Shown: positions 1-12,096, numbered from the stretch's first letter. The stretch: DNA of 64,000 nucleotides from Tubulanus polymorphus (GCF_964204645.1 NC_134025.1:12214001-12278000), one strand, 5' to 3'. Translations and numbers: made by a program. Notes: generated by a model from the sequence alone, not told the origin.

Positions 1-880
1 TTTTTAGTGCCCAAAAATGTTAATTTTGGCCCGAATTCTGAGTCCTGTAGCTTCCTACTGGTTTGCCATTTATCATTGCAATTTAAGATGGGCATTCTTT
101 GGAAAAGGATGTTTTATACCTGAGACAGGTATTTTTCATCAGCCAATTATGATGCAATTGGCGGCCATCTTTGTGTCACCAGTACTCATTCGTAAGTGGG
201 AAAAAGTTTTTCCACATTATATTGATACCTAAGCGTATTTTGCTACCACAATCAATGAGAAAGTTGTAGCTCATAACGTGCTCTATGATTGTGGTGAGTT
301 TCAAGGTAATTGGATTTTGTATATGGCCACCAGGGGGGCGTTGAATAATACAATATCTTAGTATTTCTATATTATATTCGTACCTATGCATATTTTGTAA
401 CCACAATCAATTGGAAAGTTGTAGCTCATGACATCATCTATGATTGTTGCGAGTTTTAAGGACATTAGTTTTTCTATATGGTCACCAGGGGCGTTGAATA
501 GTAGAATAACTTAGTATTTCCTTATTATATTGGTACCTAGGCATATTTTGTTACCATGATCAATTGCAAAGTTGTAGTTCATGACATGTTATATGATTGT
601 GGTGAGTTTCGAGGTCATTGGGTTTTGAATATGGTCACCAGGGGGCGTTGAATAGTAGAATGACTTAGTATTTCCATATTAAATTGGTAACAAGGCATAT
701 TTTGTTATCACAATCAATTACAAAATCGTAGCTGCTGACATGTTCTATGATTGTGGTGAGTTTCAAGGTCGTTGGTTTTTGTAAATGGTCACCAGGGGGC
801 GTTGAAAATTGAAATTGTTAGATTGTTGAGCATTTGAAACCACTCCCCAAGTGGGCATGGTGTCCCTGGACCCCTAGTTT
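1..880 (+). mobile_element. Helentron-associated non-autonomous element (HINE-like), 3' part, with ~154-bp internal tandem repeats
   Basis: The unit marker atatgg(t/c)caccagggggcgttgaa recurs at ~321, 476, 629 and 783. The 3' end has the subterminal IR cccaagtgggc, a gtcc-ct-ggac hairpin and a T-run. Same family as 20288-21327. Confidence 0.7.
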
Positions 881-912
881 ATGTAAGAACGACCGACACG
901 GCGGTCCAATGG

Positions 913-1896
913 TTAAGCGTACGACATTTCGATCTCGCACGCCACGCAGTCAACGGGCATGTCGTCAAATCCGTAGATGACCATGTCTCCCAGCGGCAAC
1001 GGGTGCACATGCACTTCACCGAAAGGCGCCGAAGAATTACGCAACGGCGGATCCCAAGTAATCTCGGCTGCGATCACTATTTTACTGCAGAATGCACACG
1101 AGAAGTGCGCCGAAGGGATTCCTCGGTAAATTGCGGGTCTACCGTTGCACGTCGGGTGCTTGTGCACTACCACTCGCTGCGTGGTCTCGGGTCCAGTCTG
1201 AAATTGTTGCTGTTCTTTTACCGGTCGAGGAGCGTCCTCCGCGGTCACGGGCGGAACGATCGGCCTGAGTTGGGACTCCTGGGTGATTTTAATACGAGTC
1301 GGCATTGCCCCACCAGTTCTGGAACCCGGCACCGAGTTTTTCCAGCGAATATGGTTCTGGGAGGGTCCTGTTCCGCTCCTCCAGTTCTCTCTTACGTTTC
1401 TCTTGAAGCCTGCACCTCTCCGCTCGCTAACCTCCCTCCTCCGTCGCTCCTCCACACGCTGCTTATTCGCGGTTTCTTTCGACGCTGCAGCTTCGGCTGC
1501 CCGGCGTTCCCGGCTAGCGTGAGTAACTCGCGCAACGCGTCTTTTAAGCTCCCGAGCACTGTCATTTGACGACTGTTCCGCGATGGAACTATGGGCCGCA
1601 TCTAGGACAGATGGGTCCAGTTTGGATAGAATTGGCGACGGATCTTTCGCCGGCAAGCATTTCGACGATGGAGAATTAGTGGTTTGCGGCTCCGACGGCG
1701 GAGAATTAACGGTCTGCGGCTCCGACGAAGAATTAGCGGTCTGCGGCTCCGACAAAGAATTAATGGTCTGCGGCTTCGACAAAGAATTATTTCTCGCGCG
1801 TTTCGTAGGTGGTTCGCCCTCATCCAGGGAGACAGGGAGGCTGGTCCCAGAGCTGCTCCACGACTTTCGTCGGGGTCCGGCGATCCCGGCGCGCAT
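913..1896 (-). CDS. Orphan intronless ORF, 327 aa: 9-aa S/P-rich repeats, Arg-rich middle, C-terminal CxxC...CxxC
   Basis: Open 981-nt frame in a GC/CpG-rich island. 27-30 bp tandem repeats at ~1670-1790 encode QTxNSxSEP. CAFC and CVAC near the C-terminus. No family recognised; expression unproven. Confidence 0.4.
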   Translation of the reverse strand: MRAGIAGPRRKSWSSSGTSLPVSLDEGEPPTKRARNNSLSKPQTINSLSEPQTANSSSEPQTVNSPPSEPQTTNSPSSKCLPAKDPSPILSKLDPSVLDAAHSSIAEQSSNDSARELKRRVARVTHASRERRAAEAAASKETANKQRVEERRRREVSERRGAGFKRNVRENWRSGTGPSQNHIRWKNSVPGSRTGGAMPTRIKITQESQLRPIVPPVTAEDAPRPVKEQQQFQTGPETTQRVVVHKHPTCNGRPAIYRGIPSAHFSCAFCSKIVIAAEITWDPPLRNSSAPFGEVHVHPLPLGDMVIYGFDDMPVDCVACEIEMSYA

Positions 1897-3298
1897 GTCT
1901 CCGGATCAAATCGGCCCGAGAGCCCGTCTTCCCGCACGCAAAGTTTTCTTAGTTTGTTCTGTTGGTGTTTTCCTGGGGAACTAAGTTGTTTATAATGCTT
2001 ATACCATTGATCTAAATCAATATTGGTTTCGCATGAGCTAGGATTTACTACTATTCGCAGGGTTACTTCTATGTTTATCGTCTATGATCTTGTCAATATG
2101 ATTTCCTTTTTCATCTCAATAAATTCCTGTATTACTTACGCTTTGTGTAATACGCAGATAGGTTCGGTCTTGAAATCGCCTTAGACAGTATTTTTAGCTT
2201 GTTGTTTTAGACTAGTTTTTGCATTGTTGCAGTCTCTATCAAATCATTTTTTCTTAGACTTATCGCTCGAATGGTTCAGCCACATTCGATTTTTTCGAGA
2301 CATGCATAGACAGGTCGGTGAAAAGAATTTGGATGTCTGAATATGGACGTTGAGAAATGAATGATAAATGCACTTATGTTTTCACCGGTTCTGGAACCCG
2401 GCACCGAATTGTTCCAGCGAATATGGTTCTGGGAGGGCCCTGTTCCGCTCCTCCAGTTCTCTCTTACGTTTCTCTTGAAGCCTGCACCTCTCCGCTGGCT
2501 AACCTCTCTCCTCCGTCGCTCCTCCACGCGCTGCTTCCTCGCGGTTTCATTTGATGCTGCAGCTTCGGCTGCCCGGCGTTCCCGGCTAGCGTGAGTAACT
2601 CGCGCAACGCGTCTTTTAAACTCCCGAGCACTGCCATTTGACGACTGTTCCGCGATGGAACTATGGGCCGCATCTAGGACAGACGGGTCCAGTTTGGATG
2701 GAATTGGCGATGGATCTTTCTCTGGCAAGCATTTCGACGATGGAGAATTAGTGGTTTGCGGCTCCGATGACGGATAATCAACGTCTGCGGCTCCGATGCC
2801 GAATAAGTGGTCTGCAGCTTCGACGGGGAATTAACGGTCTGCAGATCGGACGAAGAATTAACGATCTGTGGCTCCGACAAAGATTTAGCGGTCTGCAGCT
2901 TCGACGAAGAATTATTTCTCACGCGTTTCGTAGGTGGTTCGCCCGTCTTCCCGCATGCAAAGTTTCTTTCTTAGTTTGTTCTGTTGGTGTTTTCCTGGGG
3001 AACTAAGTTGTTTATAATGCTTATACCATTGATCTAAATCAATATTGGTTTCGCATGAGCTAGGATTTACTACTATTCGCAGGGTTACTTCTATGTTTAT
3101 CGTCTATGATCTTGTCAATATGATTTCCTTTTTCATCTCAATAAATTCCTGTATTACTTACGCTTTGTGTAATACGCAGATAGGTTCGGTCTTGAAATCG
3201 CTTTAGACAGTATTTTTAGCTTATTGTTTTAGACTAGTTTTTGCATTGTTGCAGTCTCTATCAAATCATTTTTTCTTAGACTTATCGCTCGAATGGTT
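1311..3298 (+). repeat. Direct segmental duplication: 1311-2276 vs 2383-3298, separated by a ~110-bp templated insert
   Basis: The two copies are near-identical. Copy 2 lacks ~106 bp between gccc microhomologies (1816-1819 and 1922-1925), which removes the ORF start codon. Confidence 0.9.
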
Positions 3299-3965
3299 AC
3301 TGCAGGCTTGTAATGACTTTTTTGATACTGTCACCAACGGGATCTTTGAATTTCGCTTGAGTGAGTGAAAATTCCGGTTTCACTCGACCGTCCAAAACAA
3401 CTAGTATATATAGTTCACTTCTTAATTAACTTATCAAAACAGTAAAAATTGTCGTCAGCTCAACCTGCGTTGTCGTTAGCTCAACCTGGGTTGGACGAAA
3501 AAAAATTCAATCTAAAGTGACGTGACAATAACTTGACATTTTCTCATTAATTTCTGTCTATATACTTGACATTTTCTCATTAAATTCTGAAAGTTTGAAT
3601 TATAGTTTGCCACAGCAGATGTTGATCCCAAAATCCCACATTTTCACATTAATTTATGTCACAAAGTTCGAGTTATCTTTTGCAGCAGCAGCTCTATTTA
3701 TGAATCGAACTGCTGTTGAAAATCAATAACATAAATCAATAATACCTCGAACTGCTGTTGAAAATCAATAACAAATTAATAATGCCGCTGTCATAATACC
3801 GCATGGTAAATGTTTTCACATGTCATGATGAAGCAGACATCAGAAGAGCTCTTTCCTCAACCATGGTGGCAATGAAGTTGCAAACCAGCTTACCCACTTC
3901 ATTTTCATTTTGATTATATGACATGGTAAACTTAAACTGGTTATGATTTGATAAACTCTGTAATA

Positions 3966-6080
3966 CACTCTAAGAAATGATGGTACTATGTAGCACCTTA
4001 AAGGGTACTATCAACTGCCACACTGGGAGCACCCTTATGCAGGCTATACGCAAAGCCTTTGTAAAGGGTAATAAATAGTACCTTCTCCTAAGGGTACGAT
4101 ATAGAGTCAATTCACAGGGTGATATTAAGAACCTTTCAACCTAAGGGTAACAGGTATAACCCATAATTAGGGTGATTAAAAGAACCATATAACAAGGTCA
4201 AGGGGGACTATTCAAACCTTCTTAGGGTAAAAATTCTAGTCATTCATTCATATACACAATAACCATATATTTTTTATCAAATACAGATATAATGTTGAGT
4301 ATTGTGCAGTATTGTTTATAAACATTACAATTCAAGCAATACTTCGCATTAAATTTATCATTATAATTTTGTTTCTAAATGTATCAAAATTTCTAAATGT
4401 ATCAAAAACATTCAAGTTGTTAATATATTTGTAAAATCGACTTATCTGGCCATCATTTTATATATGCAAGTAACATTTTTTTTCTCCAATCTTAAATATC
4501 ATATTAGATGATATTGTATTTCACGCAATAATTCACATTAAATTTATCAATATAATTTTGTATCTAAATGTCAATTAAAATTCTCCCAATCGCAAAAGAC
4601 GAGTGAAATATAAATCCCACAATCACTTTTAGTGTAAAACCGAAAATTCGGGTTCTTTATTGATTTTAACGTTAAAATATTTTAAAAAACTTTAAAAAAA
4701 AATTTTGTGGGATTTATATTTTACTCATCTTTTGCGATTCATGGCGTAGTTTTACTGCGTGAGCGTTAACTGTTTATTTTTCCAATAATAACATTTGATG
4801 CATTTGCTTCAAAAATGAATCAAAGTTAGTGGTACCTTTTCCTCCTCAATTTTCAATAAAAAATGTTCTATGAATGTTAGCGAATTCGATAATTCTTTCG
4901 GGTATGAGAGATCGAATTGATAATATAGTGCAATCACTTCACATACTGCCTCCTATAACTCTTACCCAGATTCGCTGATTATTATGATGCCATCAACATA
5001 TATATATATATATATTTTCTGAATGTTAAATGGGTTTTTCCCTCGAATGACGATCGTGGGTGTTGCTGTTGTGCATTCCTGAAAGAAAAAAATGATCTGC
5101 TTAATGAAAATTTTTCAAAATACATAAAGGTGTCATTCATTTATTACATACGTATTAGGAGAAGAGGTAAGTGCATACTGTTAATGCTTTATTTATATGA
5201 AAAAATGGCTGATTTAACGCACATTGGGGGAGGGGGTAAAAAAATCCAAATTTTAATTAGGATTTTTAGGATTCCAGTTGGACAGCCATGGCCAAGATAA
5301 AAAAAAACAGTCTAAGACCATCGAAGTTCTTTTGCCAATCTAACTACATAAGATCCTATTTTTATGATTTAGGACAACTTTAGACAAAGTCATTGCAGTG
5401 CAACTCGGCCCAGAATCATAAAACATGAAACCAACATTGTTATTATAGAGCACAACCTTCTCTGGATTTTCTTTTAGAAGGTATGGTAACAAATCAATAC
5501 TTGCCTTTAATTTCAAAGCTGTAAGAAATAATATTTCAAATAAGAAAAGTTAAAAAACTGCGCTTTCAAAAATCGGTGAAATATCATAACACTTCATGTG
5601 ACCCCTGGTTATACTGTTAATGAACACACAGTTTTTAATTTCACCAACTATTAGAAGTTAATTTATCTACCCTAAGTGATCAAAACTTCAGTGAAATTCA
5701 GCGTAGATAAATGGAAGGTCACGTGGCATTGAGATTGTAAACTAATTGGTTTCTCACCCGATTTTGAAGCTTCATCGCAAGCTAGCTCCAATTCACTTTC
5801 ATATAGCTTCGCAACGCATCTGCAGTTATGGAACCATTTGATTGGCGGCCCTTTATTGTTTTCAACAATTTCTCTCGAATCAGATCCATATCAGGCCTTG
5901 ATTTCTCCGCTTCTTGATTGATGTATTTCAAATGTCTCTCTATAGATACATCTTCTTCCAAATCCACTTCAGCCACATTCGATTTTTTCGAGACACGCAT
6001 AGACAGGTCGGTGAAAAAAATTTGGATGTCTGAATATGGACGTTGAGAAATGAATGATAAATGCACTTATGTTTTCACCA
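3966..6080 (-). mobile_element. Degenerate CACTA/EnSpm-like element end with spliced accessory-ORF remnant
   Basis: ta|CACTCTAAGAAA terminus followed by many aggg(t)a subterminal repeats. Minus-strand exons ~5757-6030, ~5440-5518 (LLPYLLKENP) and ~4790-5078 (TPTIVIRG...ALYYQFDLSYPKEL..LTFIE, with stops) resemble the non-transposase ORF of animal EnSpm elements. Confidence 0.5.
4588..4739. mobile_element. Small MITE / inverted repeat
   Basis: ~33-bp inverted repeat: aatcgcaaaagacgagtgaaatataaatcccaca / tgtgggatttatattttactcatcttttgcgatt. Confidence 0.6.
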
Positions 6081-8230
6081 AATCCTATTATTCAAAGACA
6101 ATCAATTCAAGTGATTCTTTAGAAAATGGTTGAATATTCTTTTCGGACATTTTGACCTGATGACTGACGTCGATGACTTTATTTAGGCCTTAACCAGTTA
6201 CTTTAGTGACCTATGATTCTGTTCCTGTTCAATTTGATAATGCTCATTCTACATCATTGATTAGGCTGGTCCTTTGGCATTTTGCATCTGGCATTTTTAC
6301 CGAACTAAGTGAATTTTGTTGTGTGATACTAATGCTATTGAGCAATGAGTTGCACATGTTCTAATTTCTGCGCCGCAACGCGACCGTTGCAACCGACCTG
6401 CGTGCTGTTGCGACTGGCAGCAACTAGTCGCACACAGTCGCTGACAACCGCATCGCAACCGACTTGCGCGGCCACTTGTGACGCGACGATCGCGTCGCGT
6501 CGCTAGGCCAACCTATGTCCGGCTTTAAGTAAAAAAACTCTTAAAAGATAATTTGATGATTATTTACAGTTATGCTGTAAATATACCATATAGTTACTGT
6601 AGAGTGCATAGCTACTAAGTTGTAAGATTTACATCATGCATAAGTCACTGATGATGGAGGTCATTAATATCGTTTTTTTCCTAGAGCAGGCAAAGAAATG
6701 CATTACGTTTTATACATGATGGAACTGAAACCATTTTTGTGACTGGTTTGTGGCGGATATCATCGCCGAAATCTACATCAATAACACCCACCAACAAAAC
6801 TGGATCGAATCTAGGATCCCTACTTTAACGCATCAGCCACGACGTAGAGTTTTCCCTTTCTATATCGTATTTCGAAATCAAAATCCTGAGTTAACACGAG
6901 TTAGACCAGTCAAATCGGTCCGTACCTAGTCCGGTCCAAACTTAGACCAGACGAAATTTTGAGCCTTCACATGGCGTTTTTACACGCGTCGATAAAATCG
7001 CTTGTCACAGGGCCCACAAGATATCGCCATGGGTATTCTAAGTTCGATAAAACCTGCTGAATAATTAACTGGACCTGGATGAAGTCTAGCTTCAGATTCC
7101 AAGTAGATCATGCGTTCTTCATGTGACAGTAGCTGAACGGTTTCCTGTCCAGATCACTGGATGCCCGAAATAACAAATCGAAAACACTATTAGCTCCGGT
7201 ATCAAGTTGTGGTTTTTATTCGACAATTTGCAAGTACAACGGAATTCCTTGTTTAAAAATCAATAAGGCAGGCACACACTGAGAGTTTGGTAACTAAATG
7301 ATGGACGAACATCGAAAAGCAATAACGGGAAAAGAAAAGAATAACGGAAAGAAAAGAAAGGGGGAGAGAAAAGACCTTGAAATATAATTAGAAATACAAT
7401 TAACTTATCACTGGTAAAACTGGTGGAGGCAACGTTCCAAAAACCCCAAAATTTGTGTAACTAACTGGCTGCACCGTTGAATACAAATACTTAATGTTAA
7501 TTGATATTTCCCCTAGTTAAAATAAGTGAAACCCAAGTATTAAGTTTAAACTCACCAGAAAGAGATTGATATAAAAGCTCCTAGGGAAAAATGGGAGGGG
7601 AAGAGACTTCCCACACACGTCTGCTCCAAGAAAGTTCTAAAAACTGTGTGTCAAATAAAACATCTACATGTAGGCCAAATAAAACTATATATCCCAGCAG
7701 GGGATATTCCAAATTACTAAAATCCTGCACCTCCACAAGTCTTACCAGGGACCATCGATCCAAGTCATGTCATTACCAACAATGCGGCGCATCGACCTCT
7801 GCTCATGCGCGCAACAATAGGCCGCGCTCGAGTCGACGGCTGACTGAGTTTCTATAGACCAACGAACTTCAAATCGCTGTGCTAGATTCCTGTTTGTTCC
7901 TTTTGATAAACGGTTTTCGACATCATTTACCAGACACCTTCAGTTATATGCTGCAAAAATATCATTAAGTTGCCAGAATATTTAATCCCTTCACTTTTTG
8001 AAAACAATTTTTAATTTGGATCTTGTTCAAAAGTGCCTATTGCGTAACGCGCAAGCGTGGTCGGGTTGTTTTCACGAGATGCAAGGCTAAATTAGAAAAT
8101 CAATACAGAAATAAAGTTTTCGACGAGTACAAGTATATGAAAAATCCTACTCTGTGGTACTAAACACAAGCAGGTGCCTTTAAAAAAGTTCCCTTCACTT
8201 TTACCCTGAAAAATTTAGAAAAAAATCAGA

Positions 8231-8298
8231 GCGCGATGCGGACGCGAACTACTAACCTCCCGCTTTGAAACCAATCGCTCTACCCACTGTGCCATTAC
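8231..8298 (-). repeat. tRNA-derived SINE-like head
   Basis: Minus strand has an A-box-like TGGCACAGTGG and a B-box-like AGTTCGCGTCC at tRNA spacing. No clean acceptor stem. Confidence 0.45.
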
Positions 8299-9084
8299 GT
8301 GTGCTTGTCTTCTGACCCAAATTTATTATCACTTTTGTTTGTATTTCTAAATCTTGTTCCAGGTTATTGCATAATACCAGCTCTCTGGCTACCTTGGCTC
8401 GGGGCGAAGCCAAAACAAAACAGCGGGCGGGATCCCGGGTATCATGGATGTGTAAACTGCGGTTTACTCCGCTCGATTATTGAAATATTTTTTTTAGTGA
8501 CAAACAATTTAAGGATCGTACCAACTCGGCGGATATCACCGTCGACACATTTTTACATTCCCGGGCAAAAGATCCAACTTGAGGGAGTCTACTGTACGTC
8601 CATAACAATTAAGAACAATCTTTGAAGCTACTATGGGTGGGACATGCGGTGCCTTGATTGATAATCCTTGATAAGTATCCTTGATTGAATTTTTAAAGAT
8701 CCTGAATGAAGACGACAGCAGCTTTCAGCCGTGAGAACCAATTTTTCAGCGAAAAGAAAACGAGAAAAAGATCCCTTTCTGCGGACAACTGTATAAAAAA
8801 CTGAGATCTATTAAAAGATTTTTCAATCTATTCTTTATTACGAAAATCAATGCTGTAATAACATATATAAAAAAAGACTAACAAAAACAAATTCGGAACA
8901 CATTTACATTGCACATTTCAAAGTACTTAGGACGGTATGAAGTGTAAATACACCAATAACACCACATAGGCATTGGATAATAGGTGCTTTATATATATCA
9001 ACAGTGATACCCTTTTTAGGAAACAGGCTCCAATATATATATGTAGATAATTCACTGGGAATATCACCAACAAAAACTACATCA

Positions 9085-9199
9085 GGCTCCGGTTTTATAG
9101 ACTGATATTAGCTTTAACCCAGGGGTTAACTCAATTGAAAACGAACTTTAGTTAGCCCCTGGGTTAAAGTTAATTAAAACAAGTTTATAAAACTGGCCC
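9085..9199. mobile_element. Harbinger-like palindromic MITE just downstream of the transposase stop codon
   Basis: Imperfect TIR ggctccggttttata / tataaaactggccc. Internal IR ttaacccaggggttaact / agttagcccctgggttaa. Similar design to 35318-35498. Confidence 0.65.
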
Positions 9200-9207
9200 C
9201 CCGAGGT

Positions 9208-11727
9208 CTACTGACCAGCCAATTCTCTCCGCATCAATAAAATACTTTTGAGCCTGTCATAGTTTCTAGCATTTGTTTTGAAACCTAGTTTCTGAAGCTC
9301 CGACTTAACACCCTCTACAGTTGAAGGAATTGGAGCCTGTTTCCTAAAAAGGGTATCACTGTTGATTTCATCCAAAATTTTGCGTTTTTTATTTTGAGCT
9401 CTGCTTTTTTTTTCCTCGTCCCAAAGTTTCGTATTTTCTTTAGAATATTTTCTCTTTTTTCTCTGGTGACCTTCCTTATTTAAATACTCGATACGCTTCA
9501 ATACTGTAAGAGCATCTTTTGGTCCATCACTACGGTTTGATTTTGACATATTAATTGACTTAACTACGTCATTTAATTTCTCAATACTTTGACCACTGTA
9601 TCTACTAATGGGCCCGTGCTCTTTTATCAAAAACGGAACGTGGTACAAGAGTACATGCATATAGGGCGTCACATTGGCCTTTTTATACCCTTTGCGTTTA
9701 CTGCCTAACGACAGAAATAAATTCACAAATGATTTAGCTTTTTCAAAACAAGACAGATGATTGTGGATATCAGTGCCACCGGTACTAGTTATATACGAAT
9801 GCAGAGAAATAAAATCAGCCCACAATTTAAGGACATCAGTCATTGTATCTTCATGCATGATTTTAGAAGTTGATAGTTTGTCTGGAAGTTGATTAAACAA
9901 TTTCTTAAATTCCGACCCTTGCAAAGAGCTCCATTCTAATTTTCCAGTTCCTTTCAATGTGACTGGATCACGGACCTCCCATATATGGAACACTACACCA
10001 CATTCTTGAATCAATCTTACAAGTCCATGCAAATTTTGACCAATGACTGATGCACTTAAATCGCGGGCAAATGATGCTTCATCGTCTACATCTTTGATAT
10101 CGAAGATTAGATTTCTCAGGAGAACATCTCCAACCCTGAGAAGTAAATGCAGTTCATCAACTACTAGATTTTTCATATCCACTGAAAACAAAGGTAATCT
10201 CTCCACACAAAATTGTGATCTCAAGGCGTCATCGCATAAGTTTTCATGCGTTCTTGCGATATAATCATTGTGGTAGAAGTCCCATGCTTTTGAAGTATCA
10301 TATCGATCATCTTGTGATACCTTACACCACGGACATGAATATTTTGCCGTAGAACCTTTTAATCCTAGAAACATTTGAATAAATTTCAAGTCGCCACCTA
10401 AAAGTATATTAATCTCATAAGTTTTCCCATCAATATCTATCTGTTTTGATGATATTAAATCATTAATTTCATCTATGAGGGGTTTCAAACCAGTTTTGAA
10501 ATTTTCATACGACTCAGAACCTTTTAATATGCCAAGTGCTATGGGCTTGTCAGGTAGTCCTGCATTTAGGAAATTAAACGCCACCGTAATAAAATTACTT
10601 GTCTTTGTCATACGTGCGCCATCGCCACTAATGCGAATTTCAATCTTTTTACTCGAATCCAAATTTTCTTTTTCAATTTTGCTGCAAATGGCCTCTTTCA
10701 AGCTAACATATGCACCAGGAATGCCCCCTTCAGCCCTATATATCGAGAAAATTTTGTTGAGAGATTCGCGGCATTGTACGATTAAACTGTTAGATGGTAA
10801 ACTCCCAGAGTTAAGCATAGATATTTCATGATACGCAGCATCACTGACACATAAACTATCTAAGACGTACAATAAATCCTGAATTCTGCTTTTATCCATA
10901 TCTGATAATTTATCAAATGATTTCTTGCTACTACTTTCTTCATCAAAATCTAATCTAAACTTCTGATTCTGATCACAAGAATCTCTAAAAGTTAAAGTTT
11001 CAGGAATCAAACCAAACGATTCTGCAAACCAAAGGGCCCGCTCAGCTTCATCCTTGAGGATTTTCAACTTCCTGTTGACTTGACTCTTCGACAAATCTTT
11101 AAACGCTTTACCACTATTGGTAATGCTAGGTTTTTGATACATAGTTTGAATGTAGTTTTTCAAATTTCTGTCAAGTTTGTCAATAGTTTCACATTTTTTT
11201 TCTAGTGTGTTTTCAAGATATTGATTTTTCTGCAGCACACCCTGTAATTTTGAGGAAAGTGATGACAACTTTTCCACAAGGTTCTGATTCTCTGAAACTA
11301 TATTTGACAGATATTCACTAATATGTGCTACGTTTAAGACTTCATCACTATGAATTGCAAGAGAATGAACTATACCTTGAAATTTTTGAAATTTCTTTCC
11401 ACCTTTATACAACTTATCTTTCCTAAACTTCAAGCATACACTGCTGCACAGATCGTGCAATCTATTCTCAACACGAAATGCATAATCAGAAATTTTGGCA
11501 TATTTCAAGCCAATGTTAACCATAGAAATATAACTTAAATTTTCATGAGATCTTTTTAACCCATTTAGTTCACGTAAAAATGCATTGCTTAACTTCAATA
11601 TAAACGCGATAGGTGTACTATTTATACACCGCTTTGTATCGACATATCCAACAGTTGATAACTGAATCTCTAATGCCTGGTGAAATTTAATTTCACAGTA
11701 ACTACCACGAACTAAATTGTCAGACAT
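9208..11727 (-). CDS. RAG1/Transib/Chapaev-related DDE transposase (~839 aa from ATG 11727), intact ORF
   Basis: RAG1-core-like motifs in the correct order: ISGDGA (cf. RAG1 ESCDGM, D600), GGDLKF (cf. GYDEK, D708), CPWC (Zn), VVDELHLLLR (cf. IDALH), VTPYMHVLLYH (cf. TNYFHKTLAH, Zn), SGQSIEKLND (cf. SEGNESGNK, E962). The ORF-track start at 11793 lies inside a MITE. Confidence 0.85.
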   Translation of the reverse strand: MSDNLVRGSYCEIKFHQALEIQLSTVGYVDTKRCINSTPIAFILKLSNAFLRELNGLKRSHENLSYISMVNIGLKYAKISDYAFRVENRLHDLCSSVCLKFRKDKLYKGGKKFQKFQGIVHSLAIHSDEVLNVAHISEYLSNIVSENQNLVEKLSSLSSKLQGVLQKNQYLENTLEKKCETIDKLDRNLKNYIQTMYQKPSITNSGKAFKDLSKSQVNRKLKILKDEAERALWFAESFGLIPETLTFRDSCDQNQKFRLDFDEESSSKKSFDKLSDMDKSRIQDLLYVLDSLCVSDAAYHEISMLNSGSLPSNSLIVQCRESLNKIFSIYRAEGGIPGAYVSLKEAICSKIEKENLDSSKKIEIRISGDGARMTKTSNFITVAFNFLNAGLPDKPIALGILKGSESYENFKTGLKPLIDEINDLISSKQIDIDGKTYEINILLGGDLKFIQMFLGLKGSTAKYSCPWCKVSQDDRYDTSKAWDFYHNDYIARTHENLCDDALRSQFCVERLPLFSVDMKNLVVDELHLLLRVGDVLLRNLIFDIKDVDDEASFARDLSASVIGQNLHGLVRLIQECGVVFHIWEVRDPVTLKGTGKLEWSSLQGSEFKKLFNQLPDKLSTSKIMHEDTMTDVLKLWADFISLHSYITSTGGTDIHNHLSCFEKAKSFVNLFLSLGSKRKGYKKANVTPYMHVLLYHVPFLIKEHGPISRYSGQSIEKLNDVVKSINMSKSNRSDGPKDALTVLKRIEYLNKEGHQRKKRKYSKENTKLWDEEKKSRAQNKKRKILDEINSDTLFRKQAPIPSTVEGVKSELQKLGFKTNARNYDRLKSILLMRRELAGQ

Positions 11728-11733
11728 CTTTAA

Positions 11734-11970
11734 CCCTTTCAGTGCAGAATAAGTAATACCTGAAAGTACTGGAGATAATTTAAAACTTTTCAAAAATTCA
11801 ACACTAATGGGTAGAGTGTCTACACCGCGACGCAGTGTATCGTTAGTTACTGATATTCACTATGTTTGCTGCAGTCATTTATTAGATATAAATTACGTCG
11901 GGCTGCGGTGTACTCGCTAAGTCTTTCAGCAATTTATACACCGAACTGCAGTATAGATGCACTGAAAGGG
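11734..11970. mobile_element. piggyBac-type MITE (237 bp)
   Basis: Perfect 13-bp TIR ccctttcagtgca / tgcactgaaaggg, flanked by TTAA on both sides (11730-11733 and 11971-11974). Confidence 0.9.
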
Positions 11971-12096
11971 TTAAAATAATTATTTCCTATGGGCAGCTAG
12001 TTCTTTAAAGACTTAAAAATAAAAACTAACGGAATGTCTAAAAAGAAAAAGACAGCTAAAACAGTCAAAGTACAGTATTATTGTAAAAACAGTCAT

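Noticed and set aside
300-830. Regularly spaced repeats as a CRISPR-like array
   Set aside because: The whole ~154-bp unit is repeated with no unique spacers, the context is eukaryotic, and there are no cas genes.
1003-1995. Overlapping plus-strand ORFs
   Set aside because: Shadows of the GC-rich repeat-containing minus-strand ORF.
8231-8298. Functional tRNA gene
   Set aside because: A/B boxes are present but the stems do not pair. SINE-like, as are similar heads near 51600-51670 and 57540-57590.
11728-11793. First 22 aa of the 861-aa ORF
   Set aside because: They derive from the piggyBac MITE and a non-ATG start. The real frame begins at ATG 11727 or via splicing.
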